Assembly: GCA_951406725.2 (NCBI GenBank)
Contig: OX597819.1
Span: 23,126,001-23,190,000 of the forward strand
DNA: 64,000 bases
DNA from: Octopus vulgaris
Lineage: Eukaryota
Direction: 5' to 3'
The notes beneath the pieces were generated by a model. That model was not told where the DNA came from. It worked only from the letters and a program-made list of their open reading frames with translations, and searched no databases. The position numbers were made by a program, and so were the translations under genes. This document shows positions 27,874 to 40,344 of the stretch, one piece after another. Every line of letters begins with the position of its first letter. The stretch's first letter is position 1.

Positions 27874-28452
27874 GTGTACATTTAAACACAAATAGAGATG
27901 TACCTTAACAGGTCACCCTACATGATAGAAAGAACAGTCAAAAGTCCAAACCACAGTTAACAATTTCGAAGGGAATGAAAAATAGAAACATTTACCGTTT
28001 TACATCCGGACCTTAGGTATCGAACTTTAATTAGCAAATAAAATAATTTTCAAGGCAAAGTTCTCATCAGTGTGTACGCCAAACATTAACATATAAATTA
28101 GAGACAAAATAACACATGTCTCAGCCTTATATATTATAATTTTTCAAATCCACCGCGCAAGCGCCGTTTCAGTCGGTAGTGATTAAAGATTTCCAGCTAA
28201 ACTTCAAAAATTACTAAAATCAGTTCTTAAAATTAATATAGGGTAGGAAAAATTATAGAAATTCTTTCTATAAGTGGCCTAGCATGTATACAAATTCAAT
28301 AGACATATTTTTCATATAAAATTAGTGTACATTTAAACACAAAAAGAGGTAAGCCTTAACAGTTCATCTTACATGCTAGAAGGAACAGTCAAAAGTTCAA
28401 ACCACAGTTAAGAGCAATTTCGAAGGGAATGAAGAATAAAAACATTTACCAT
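27866..28452 (-). mobile_element. PLE/retrozyme-like partial tandem (451-bp period) with degenerate HHR at 28005-28076
   Basis: About 130-bp direct repeats start near 27866 and 28317. Minus strand CTGATGA-GAACTTT-[loop]-AAAGTTC-GATAC-CTAAG-GTC. Both ends lie in (TA)n. Confidence 0.7.
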
Positions 28453-28454
28453 TT

Positions 28455-28551
<97 letters not shown>

Positions 28552-28609
28552 AGAGAGAGAGAGAGAGAGAAACATATACATACCAACTGTTGGTATCTAT
28601 TTCTCTCTC

Positions 28610-28665
<56 letters not shown>

Positions 28666-31142
28666 TCTACACATTTTTGGTTGAAGCAATACTTTTCTTA
28701 GGAAGCAAAGATATTTTTACATTCCCGCTTTATTTCTTCCCTGAAAAATTTACAGCTACAATCGTCGATTTTACTTGGCGTTTCCACCAGTGAGTTTTTG
28801 TTATGACAAGATATCGCAGGAACTTTAATCAGCGGTTATTGTTGGTTCCCGAGAAAAAATGAGGGCTCTGCATTCACACATTCGGCAATGTTTCCCAGCG
28901 TGTTAGGAATTTACCATGCGAACTTAATGTGCATAGGCTTTGGCTGGTTGGTTAGTTTCCCGGCTTACTGGCTGGCCGGATAGCTGGCCGGATAGCTGGC
29001 CGGATACCTGGCTGGCTGGCAGGCTGGATGGATGGATGGATGGATGGATGGATGGATGGGTTGTTTTGCAGTTTAATGTCACCGCCAGTGAAACTCCAAT
29101 GTCTTCCCTGTGACAATAATACAATGACGTAGACTGCCAGAGGCTTTCTTTGTTTTTTTTTTATTTTTTCAGTTATCAGATTTTACTTATTTTATTAACC
29201 TGCTTTTGTTTCCTTTTACCATTCATTTAAAACATTGACATTTCAAGCATGCATACAAGACCTGAGATATAATCATTCATATCGAGACCAGACAGGTACT
29301 TATTTTATCAACCGCGGAAAGATGGAAAGCAATATCAGCGTTTGCGGTATTCAAACTCGGAACATACATAAAGGAACATAAGTAAATACCGCAGCGAAAT
29401 GCTATCCATCACACACTATCTATTCTGGCAATCCATCACCTTTACAGCCATTTAAGATTATAGACATTTCTATAAAGCATATTTGTTTACTGCAGAAATA
29501 TGCATTGAAGTAAATCTACTACTGATAGGATTTGTTTTATTTTTTAATCTCTGTGACTTTCTGTCCTTTTTCCTTTTATAATAACAGAATCCTTGCAGAC
29601 TTTTGGTAGACTTTATATTTGCTAAGAAGTATTTGTTATGAAATATTTGCTATGTGACCTAATGCATCAGAAGGATAGCGGAATGAATCGAAAGAGCATC
29701 GAACAAATTGCTTCGTGCTATTTACTTAGAGCTTTTTATTGTCAGTGTTCAAATCTCACCCAGGTCAAGATTTACTCTTAATTCTATAAGTTATATAATG
29801 GAGCCGATTTAATCAAGTATTCCATTCTGGTCTCTTTTGCCTAACTTTCACACAACGTTTTCGTCAACCAAATTCACTGATAAGGCATTAGTCGAACCTG
29901 GGCTATTGTAGAAGATACTTGTCCAAGGTGGCGCATATTTCTCTGATAAGGTTGCGAATAGTGACCAACGTAGTTGATTGATTGACTGAACAAAGCATTA
30001 ATCAAACAATCGATTAGTTACCTGGTTAAACAGTTAACCAAGTTTACAAATAAATAAAGAAGTGAGAGAGAACCAGTGCGTGTGTTTATTATTGGCATAA
30101 CAACCGAGATATAGCAACAAGATTCAGAATATTCTTTAGAAAGTAATTTAGACTGAACCTCATGTTAATTTTTTATTAATTGGAAAATGATTATTACTCT
30201 AATCATTAATTCTAAGATTCTTGATCTGTTGCTGGTTTTTTATTTATTTATTTTTTTTGTCTACAAGTCAGAGAAAGGCCTTTATTAGCAGAAATGAATA
30301 TTTAAATCATTCAGTACATGACTCAAATTTGATGTAACATTAGAGCACGAATCTAGTTCAAGGTAAAATACCCGATCATCTTCAAGAAGTATTGATTTAC
30401 TTGTAACCATCTATTCAGGATATGTGAGCTTTTAATTTATCGAGCCACTCTTTTTATATTTGAATTATAGCTTTGTTACTGGTATTCAACAAACATCTGC
30501 TACTCTTCATAATTGTATTGCTGTTGTAGTTATCGTTTAGCTGCGGGTCAGCTTGAACGAGTAGATCTACGATCACAGCAGTCAAGCTGCGACTATTCCA
30601 TCTTTTCAGAAAGACCGTGTATCTAAGGTTGTATTATCTTTTATGTGTATATGCGCTCTTTCTTTTTAGAGAAGGCAGGGTATGTTTCAAGGAAATCTAG
30701 CTTTTATTTCTAGCAGAGCGACGAGAAACAGTACTCCAGTAGACCTATGATCAAATTTTAAATTTGACCATCCATTCTATGTTTGTGAATCCAGGACTAT
30801 ACTAACATTCATATTTTTAGACGATCAGTATGAATTGGTAACTAATTTGGCTGCATATAGAGTCTCTCTATTTTGATCCTTCATGCTGTTTTTATTTGTT
30901 TTGTGTGTGTTTGATTGATTATATGACTTGTTTCTCTTGCTTTTCCGTTGGTACTCCGAGATGTTTTCTTGTTCTTCTTTACGTGCTATCATATTGATAC
31001 CAATGTCTTGGCCACAAACCTTCGGGGTTTGATAACAATAATCAGTTGTTATTCCTACTTAAATCCCAATCTTATAAGTACAATAATGCTCCCTAAAACG
31101 TGATATATTGTATTGCCATACTGAAGCTATAATACCCAACTT

Positions 31143-31842
31143 TCGGATCGAACCGGATCGAACCGGATCGAACCCGATCGAACCGAATCGAACCGGCCCG
31201 AACAAGATCGAACCGGATCAAACCGGCCCAAACCGGATCGAGCCGGATCAAACCGGCCCAATTTTGCGATTATCTTATATTTTACAGAGAAATTGGAAGC
31301 CCCGAATGTAAGTCAGCATCGAACCGGTTTGGACACGTTTGAATTGGATCGAACGGGATCGAACCGGCCCAAATCGGATCGAGCCGGATCAAACCGGCAC
31401 AAACAGGCTCAAATCGGCCCGAACCGGTTCAAACCGGCACAAACCGGATCAAACCGGTCCAAACGGGTTCGGTTCGGTTCGATTCAATTCAAACCGGCCC
31501 AAACCGGATCGAATAGGATCAAACCGGCTTATACCGGATCAAACCTGATCAAACCGACCCAAACCGGATCAAACCGGTTTGATCTGGTTCGGGCCGGTTT
31601 GATCCGGTTCGATACGGTTTGATCCGAACCGAACCGGTCCTTATCGGACCGAATCGAAGGACCTGACCGAATCGAACCGAACCGAATCAAACCGAGTCGA
31701 ACCGAACCGAATCGAACCGAACCGAATCGGTCCGATCCGACCGGACAGAATTGAACCGAACCGAACCGGTTTGGGCCGGTTTGATCCGGTTCGATCCAGT
31801 TCGATCCGGTTTGGGCCGGTTTGATCCGGTTCGATCCGGTTC
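31143..31842. repeat. CpG-rich foldback array of AACCG-based 5/10-bp units in alternating orientation
   Basis: Units AACCGGATC(A/G), AACCGGCCCA and GAACC. 31765-31842 is the reverse complement of the type of sequence at 31143-31262; a further inversion centre lies near 31575. Confidence 0.9.
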
Positions 31843-32164
31843 TGAGATGAGTGGAATATCACAGTGTTAAAATAGCAGACGAGATGTTTTGACAATAAAT
31901 TACTGAATTTTCAACAAACTGTATTGTTTTATTGTTTTGTTTTTTTTTTTGTTGTACCTGAGGTTCCATCTTCATTTATCAGAAAAAGTTAAAATATATT
32001 CAAATTACTTACACGATAAACGGAAGTTTTAGAGGAAGAATAGCGCTAGAATGTTCCTTAAAACACTACGATAAAATTATAAAGCTAGATTTATAAATTC
32101 TAAAATTACAGAACAATTCGTTACTGGGCAGTTTAGCTTAAAGATAAAGCGCTTTACGTATAAA

Positions 32165-32546
32165 GGCGGCGAGCTGGCAGAAACGTTAGCACGACAGGCG
32201 AAATGCGTAGCCGTATTTCGTCTACCGTTACGTTCTGAGTTCAAATTCCGCCGAGGTCGACTTTACCTTTCATCCTTTCGGGGTCGATAAATTAAGTACC
32301 AGTTACGCATTGGGGTCGATATAATCGACTTAATCCGTCTGTCTGTCCTTGTTTGTCTCCTCTGTGTTTAGCCCCTTGTGGGTAGTAAAGAAATCGGTAT
32401 TTCGTCTGACGCTGCGTTCTGAGTTCAAATTCGGCCGAGGTCGACTTTGCCTTGCATCCTTTCGGGGTCGATTAAATAAATACCAGTTTGCCTGTCCTTG
32501 TTTGTCCTCTCTACTCTTAGCCCCTTGTGGGTAGTAAAGAAATCGG
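32165..32546 (+). mobile_element. Family-A tRNA-derived SINE, partial multimer with 20-bp TSD
   Basis: Head GGCGGCGAGCTGGCAGAAACGTTAGC, B-box GAGTTCAAATTCC, central CCTTTCATCCTTTCGGGGTCGATAAATTAAGTACCAG. TSD TAAAGCGCTTTACGTATAAA at 32145-32164 and 32547-32566. At least 15 further copies in the window (e.g. 22200, 39300, 41196, 46495, 49539, 54940-55650, 58520). Confidence 0.92.
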
Positions 32547-33742
32547 TAAAGCGCTTTACGTATAAACACAGCAATGTGAATTCAAATCTTAGAGCTGGCC
32601 GGTAACGATTTTTTCCTGCAATACAAGGATAGTTTATGGTATTTCATTATCATGCGTTTGAGAATAAATTTTTTCTGTATTTTTCAATGCATCTCAGCGC
32701 TTCTAAAGCAAACTTTTGTTTACTTTCATCGTAAGTTTAATTTTACGATTAAATTATTTTTCGTGTTACTTTATATACCATAGGAAAGGATTAAAATAGA
32801 TGGAGGTGGGAAGAACAATTTTTTCTGACAACACTACAGTATGAATTGATAATCTCCAGATCGTAAAACCAGAGTATATATTCTCGAGAATAATTCTAAG
32901 GTGTGTTTAGATTTTTTTTTCTCTTTCTTTCGCTGGTTCATTCGTTGGACTACAAACATATTGAAGACCATCTAGGGTGGTGAAGGTGACCATTGGAATC
33001 CAGCAATGATTTCAGCAAGGGATGCATTTTATCCAGATCTATTAGCTGAACAGCTAAGTTACGGATCATGAAGGGGAACGGTATTAACTATACTGTTGCA
33101 TTAGATGTGCAAGTACATTTGTACACACACACGCACACAGAAAGAGATGTGGAAAGAATGTCATTGGATAGCAACAAAATTACTTCGGCAAACACAACTG
33201 ATTGATTAATAAACTGAATAATCAATTAAATGATCGATTGGTTAAAGAGCCAACCAATTAACGAATAAGAAGTGAAATTGAACCAGTGCGTGTGCTAATT
33301 ATTGGCTTAATGACCCCCCATATATTACTATATACATGTGTTTGAGTGTGTGTGTGTGTGTGTATATGTGTGTGTGTTTGTGTATGTGTGCGTGTGTGTG
33401 TGTGTCAAGGCGTGTGGTCTAGAGGTTAGGGTGTTGCACTCGCAATCAAGCAATCGTGGGTTTCCATTTCCTGACCGAGCAGTGTGTTGTGCTTTTGAAC
33501 ATATATGGCAAGCAGATAGAATCATTACGCCATCGAACAAAGTGCATAGCAGTATTTCTTCCGACTTCCACATAGTTCTGTCTATTAAATTCACTCAGAA
33601 GGCATTTGTTGGCCCTGGGCTGTAGGGCAATATACTTAACCAAAGTACCGTGCATAGAGATCGAAACCGACAACACATGACTGGAAAGCAAGCTTCTTAG
33701 CCACCTAATCATACCGGAGCCTGAGAACATGAGAACGCCGAT

Positions 33743-33830
33743 CGCCCTGACAGCGCCAGACAGCCCTGACAGCGCCAGATAGCCCTGACAGTGCCGTAGC
33801 CATAACAGTGCCGATAACCATGATAGCGCA
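33743..33830. repeat. 17-19-bp minisatellite (GCCCTGACAGCGCCAGACA-like), about 5 degenerate copies
   Basis: Direct reading. Confidence 0.8.
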
Positions 33831-35129
33831 TATGCCTAACATTATTGTAGCAATATCACATCCTTAACTTCTTGCTCTCCCATACAAGAGGTCCACAAGT
33901 AACAGGAGAATGCAATTTTCCCATAATAACATCAAGACCAACCTAATTAAATGACATTGATTTCAGAAGTCGTATAAGAAAATGTTTCTTTAATGTTCTG
34001 AGAGATAAATTTACTAACAAAAATAGCTTTCCTAATTAGAGTCAAAGCTCTATTTCCCAACCGATTAATATGACAAAGAAATAATTTTATAAACTAATTT
34101 TACTAAAAGTCAAAATCTTCAAATAGGAACATAATCAGATATACGCGCATTGAAACCTAGTTTGCAACATAATCCACCACCCCCTTTCTTATATCTAATA
34201 ACAATCAATAAGGTGAGACTGAAATACGGTAAACACAATCCACTGTGTCAATGATTCCACCGGTTTATAAGCTTGTACTGCTGTCTGCTTTGAAGCCTAT
34301 TCACGGTTATTAGTATATATCTCCTTGCAGACATTACCAACCAAAAAAATCAAATTCGATCTTTAATGATGATAGTCAATATCTAGATAACAAAACTGGT
34401 TTTAAGCAGACATTTTGTTAAAAGAATGCCTCGGAAATTTAAATCGATCATTCTTCAGAATTTATATGTTCATCAAATTCTTATGCTATACGTGTTATCA
34501 GTTTCACTGATTTATTTGTGAATCCTCTCTTACCGGTCTGTTGCGCCGGCTTAAATCAATAATGCTCAATACAAACAAAAATTATCGACAACACTGCTGT
34601 GCTAGGGGAGTAGAATTCGATAAAATGTTTTCTAAAGAATTAGTTGTTTCTTTCAGGCCAATAACTGAGTAAGCAGAAATCATTCAATTTAACTGTAGAG
34701 CTACACCACCTGTCGAACAAATACAAGCTTAGCTGTGTTACTTGTCGTTCTGTAGAGTGACATCTTATATAAATACTACAACGTTAAAGATTTTAACACA
34801 AATACCTGGCCTCGTCGAAAATGTTAAATGTTAAATATCTTGTCTACAAATATCTGATTTATATTTTATCGTTAACTTGTTGCAGTCATGAGACTGCGGC
34901 TTTGCTGGGGCACCACTTTCAAAATAAAATAATCCCTGTAGTTATTTTATGGGTCTTATTTGTCGAAGCGCTAAGACTTAAACGAGCGAAAACTCACTGT
35001 GAAACGATGTGGTGCATGCAGAGAGAAACCAAAAGACACACATATTGCACACACACACACATACACATACACATATACGTATATAAATACATGCATATAT
35101 CTGTATATAAATACACACATATATATAAA

Positions 35130-35219
<90 letters not shown>

Positions 35220-35302
35220 GGTCCCGGGTTGATTCGGGGTTAACCACAGTAAGTAAGGTACTCAATACATAGCAGAGTAAAATTAATTTATTATATAGAA
35301 GG

Positions 35303-35353
35303 AGCTTCTACAGGACTAGTACTGTTTCATTCAAGAGAAATCTTCAGGAAGCT
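35303..35353 (-). ncRNA. Type I hammerhead ribozyme
   Basis: AGCTTC-CTGAAGA-T-TTC-tctt-GAA-T-GAAA-CAG-tactagtc-CTG-TA-GAAGCT. 6-bp stem I, intact core, GUA site, U-U at the base of stem II. Confidence 0.8.
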
Positions 35354-36266
35354 ATTTAACAAGAATTGTATTAGCATTTATACATTTAGGCAGGTTTAAA
35401 GGAGTGGTGGTGGGGGACCTTTTTGGGGGTAGGCATAGCGCAAAATATCATACTTGGGGGAGTGGTCAAGGAGTCAGTGGTAAGTTAGATGAAGGAATAG
35501 ATAAATAAAAAAATAAAAAAATAAAATAAAAAAATAAAAAAATAAAAAAATATAAAAAATAAAAAGTAAAAAATAAAAAAATAAAATAAAATAAAAAAAT
35601 AAAAAAATAAAAAATATAAAAAATAAAATATATATATACAAAAATATATATATAAAAAAAAGGGGGGATAGAGTTATAGGTAAATAAGGAGATTCTCACT
35701 TATACCTATACACGCATGTATACGTATCTACACACACATACATACATACACATATATATACACACACATATACATATATACATATATATACATACATATA
35801 CATACCTACACATACACACATACATACATACAAATATACATATACATATATATATATACAATCCAATACAGGCCCATTCCCTAATTTTAATTTTATTATC
35901 TTCATTTATTACTTTTGTTATCTTTGATCGCTAGGGCTAAGAATCCTGGCAATGGCTGCAGTCCATTTGTCTGTCTACTAGAAAGGCAAGTACTCATTCC
36001 CGCACGCACACTCATTAGCACGTACATTCACCCATTCGTACACTCATACACATACACGTACGCACGCGTTATATTCATACATACAAACATCTACATACGT
36101 TCACGTATATACACATACGTACTCGTACCTACAGATTCGTGTCTACACTTTAGGAGGCTAGACTATACATATACACCAATAAATATACATATATATATAT
36201 ATATATACATACCCGCATATACATACACACACACACATATATACTCCTACATACAGATACATACCT

Positions 36267-36308
<42 letters not shown>

Positions 36309-36549
36309 GCATACATATATATATATATACATACACACATATATATATATATATATACACATACATACACATACACACATACATATACACACACATACAT
36401 ACACATATATATACATACACAAACATATATACACACATATATATATACACATACACACATACACACATACATACGTATACATACATACATACATCCATAC
36501 ATCCATACTTACATGCATTTATACGCATACACACACCCATCTATATATA

Positions 36550-36586
<37 letters not shown>

Positions 36587-37396
36587 TCACACATACATAT
36601 ACAAATCCACGCACACACATACATACATACACGTATACGCATACACGCACATACACATATACATGCGTACCCATACACGTGCACACACGCACGCGCATCC
36701 ATATATATACACACACACACATATATATACACACGTGTGCAAGCATACATACATACTCATACGCGCACACATACTTACAAATACATATATGCACACACTT
36801 ACACACATATATATACATACACATATACATGCATACATACATATATGCATACATACACACACGCACTCATATATATATATATATATATATATACCTATAT
36901 ATATATATATATACACATATATATATACATATATATACACATATATATACATACACACAGATACACATACGCATACATACACATACACATACATACACAC
37001 ATATATACACATATATATATATATATATACATATACACATACACATATACACATACATATATACACACATACATACATATACATACACACACACATACAT
37101 ATATACATATACACTGATACACATACCCATACATACACATGCATATACTTATATCACTACATACTCACATATATAAACATATATACATATACACACATAC
37201 ATATATACATGTACATACACATACGTATGCATATATATACATATACATATATATACACATATACATATATATATATATATACATATACACACACACATAT
37301 ACATGTATACATACGCAAAAATGATACACATATATACACATACACACACACAGACAGATGCATATTGTATAAATGCTAATACAATTCTTGTTAAAT

Positions 37397-37447
37397 AGCT
37401 TCCTGAAGATTTCTCTTGAATGAAACAGTACTAGTCCTGTAGAAGCT
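37397..37447 (+). ncRNA. Type I hammerhead ribozyme (identical inverted copy)
   Basis: Same sequence as 35303-35353; predicted cleavage after A37441. Confidence 0.8.
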
Positions 37448-37452
37448 CCTTC

Positions 37453-37578
<126 letters not shown>

Positions 37579-37836
37579 CCCTAAGAATACCTGGAGTTCT
37601 TCACTAATCTAAACAATATTGTTAGCCTGGTGTTCCAACTGAGAGCTTATGAAGTATTTTGCACGGAATGATAATCCCTCACTATCAGCTCTCTCTCTCT
37701 TTCTCTCTCTCTCTCCGTCTCCTCTCTGTATTATTTGAGGGAAAATTATTCCTAACTTACAGGGAAAACTTCAATTTAGAAATACTAAATAAAATTTCAC
37801 AAAGTATAATAAAAACGGTGTTTTTTTCTAATTTTA

Positions 37837-37877
<41 letters not shown>

Positions 37878-37879
<2 letters not shown>

Positions 37880-38635
37880 CAGTAAATGGTGGGGTTGTGT
37901 TGACCACACGTGAAAAAATGATAGGAGAGGAAAAATTATAATAAGGCAGAATGCTAAATTGAAAGTAAATTTTAATAAAAATGGGTGTATGGAAAATTAA
38001 AAAAGAAAAAATAATTAATCAAACGGCTTTCATCGCAAGGCAAATTTTCAAGGTTTGGAAGGGGAAAAGAATTTTTTTTTTAAATTGAGGAAGGGGAAGA
38101 ATAAAGAAATTTACAATGTTTTTTTTTTTTTTTTCAAAAAATAATAATACATATATGCAAAAATTAATAAATAAGTATACCGATCCATTGTAGAGTCATT
38201 ATACTCTTAGAGTTCAATAATAGTCCTAGGAAAAATTTCTTTGGAGGATTAACATCCATGTGCTTAAAAGTAGTGCTTGGTTTAAAGTGTTTGGTAAATG
38301 TTTATCAAAACAGGAAACGGTGTAGGAGTTATCCAGTTCCTGTGAATAAGGGGTGACAACTCTGTGGATTTTATGCTCTTCAATTGGAATGATGGATATT
38401 TTGTCAGACAAGATGCCTATATCAATTTTTTGTCAGATAGGAGGCTAGAAAAAGGAGTATGGTCATCGTGGAGTTTGTATATTAAGATGCGTTTGGAATT
38501 TTTCAAAAAAAGATTCTCCTTGTTGATTCTTTCTTGTGTAGAGATTCTGTCTTTACATTGGTTGAAAGGGAATATGTGAAATTTAGATGTTTGTCTCTAG
38601 CACAAGAGTCTATGTGGCTACTTAGTGGAACCAAC
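37878..38635 (-). mobile_element. PLE 3' fragment (endonuclease C-terminus and 3' region)
   Basis: Minus strand VPLSSHIDSCARDKHLNF.IFPFNQCKD..FF.KFQTHLN across frameshifts. Very degenerate HHR-like motif at about 38020-38058; ends at (TA)n. Confidence 0.6.
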
Positions 38636-40309
38636 AACTAATTACGGTATGGGTGTGTGATTAAGAAGCTCGCTTTGAAACGAAGTGGTTCAACATAGTC
38701 TTTGTTTTATACAGTTTTCATATTCACACTATATTGTTGGGTAGTTGATAATGAAGACAGTATCATGCGAAATAAAATAGAATTTCTCAAAATCCTGTGT
38801 TCAAATACAATAAATTTCATATACCTTTAAACCAAAACTAATTGAAAAGTAAACCAGGTGGTCGATATATCCCGTTACAACACAGTTTTATAGCTAGCGT
38901 AATGAAATCAATACAGCTTGCAATATGTGAACTTGATTCTTCGACTCCATTTCAGAAAAACGCGTTTGACCTTGAAGCCTCGAAAGTAGCCTTTAAACGA
39001 AGCGTGTGAGTAAAAGTCATTTTATCAATACCTTATGTTGCCTAAATATTTGTTAAATGTCATTTGAGCTAATATTATAAAGATTACTTTCAGTGACACA
39101 AATACACATATTTACAACAAACTGTTGTACAAATAGACACGTAAATCCATCCTGTTTATTTGCGGACTGGTATGTATTTTATCGATCTTAGATCGATAAA
39201 GGGTTAGGTTAACCCCACCAAGATTTGAACTAAGAACGCAGTTAAGCACTTCAAGGGATATTTATTCATACGACAATATTTTTTTTTCTTTTCAACTCAA
39301 GGCACAAGGCTCGAAATTTTGAGGGACTGGGCCAGTCGATTAGATCGACACCAGTACGCAACTGGTATTTAATTTATTGAGCCCCCTCCCAGAAAGGACG
39401 GAGAGCAAAGTCGATCTCGGAGGAATTTGAACTCAGAATGAAATGTCGGTAAGCATTTCGCCAGTTCGCGTTTCTGCCAGCTCGCTGCCACGGCAAACTT
39501 TCTTGTTTGTTTGTCTTTTTTTTTTGCTATTCCTGCATCTTAGACAGTAAAGAGGAGATTTATTTTTATGTGTAAAATAGCCGTGTTCTAAGCATATATT
39601 TAGACCCAGTAATATTATATTAATTATTACTAGCTTATTTCTAGATTTAAATCATTCTATTATTTTAAAATTAAGTGGGCGGTCTCATATAATTTACCTG
39701 TCATTATATTTTTAACACAAAACAGGTTTGTCTGCATATAGAGCTCTAAACACCTCACGAATATGCACAACTTTTCAAAAACAATACGCTTTGTTAGAGA
39801 ACAATAATGGATTTTTTTTTTCCGAATTCTATTATAGAGTCCTTTGCAAAAATATTTAAACTAAATTATTATGTGAGACAAATGTTTTTCTGAAGCAAAC
39901 ATTAGCTGACATTTTAAATAATCCAACATAGTTCATTATATTTGCCATAGTTAATTATTCACCGATAGCTTGTTAGAGAGGGTTGCATAAGGAGTAACAG
40001 CGTGTAGTTTGTGAGAGTAAAGACACTGCAGGCGCTCTATTGTGTCTAGCGACATGACAGTTTATTCTACGTGTTTGAGTTCACAGTACGAAAGAAGCAT
40101 CGTTTTATCAGGGGAAATGCAAACAGACCTAATCATCCATTGATATCTATAAATGTGATTATGAATGGTCAAGAGATCTCCCCTGCTATAGAACATTGCA
40201 CAGTATACATAAATATTTGTCTTCTTTTGAACATTTGTACGTGTGAGTGTGTGTGTCTGTGTGATTGAATGCATATTGATATATGTGTGTATCTGTGTGT
40301 GTGTTTGTA

Positions 40310-40344
<35 letters not shown>

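Noticed and set aside
35915-37379. Long ORFs of 288-400 aa rich in Y/I/H/T
   Set aside because: Translations of CA/TA dinucleotide low-complexity DNA, which lacks stop codons; the same applies to the many [12 protein letters not shown] ORFs elsewhere.
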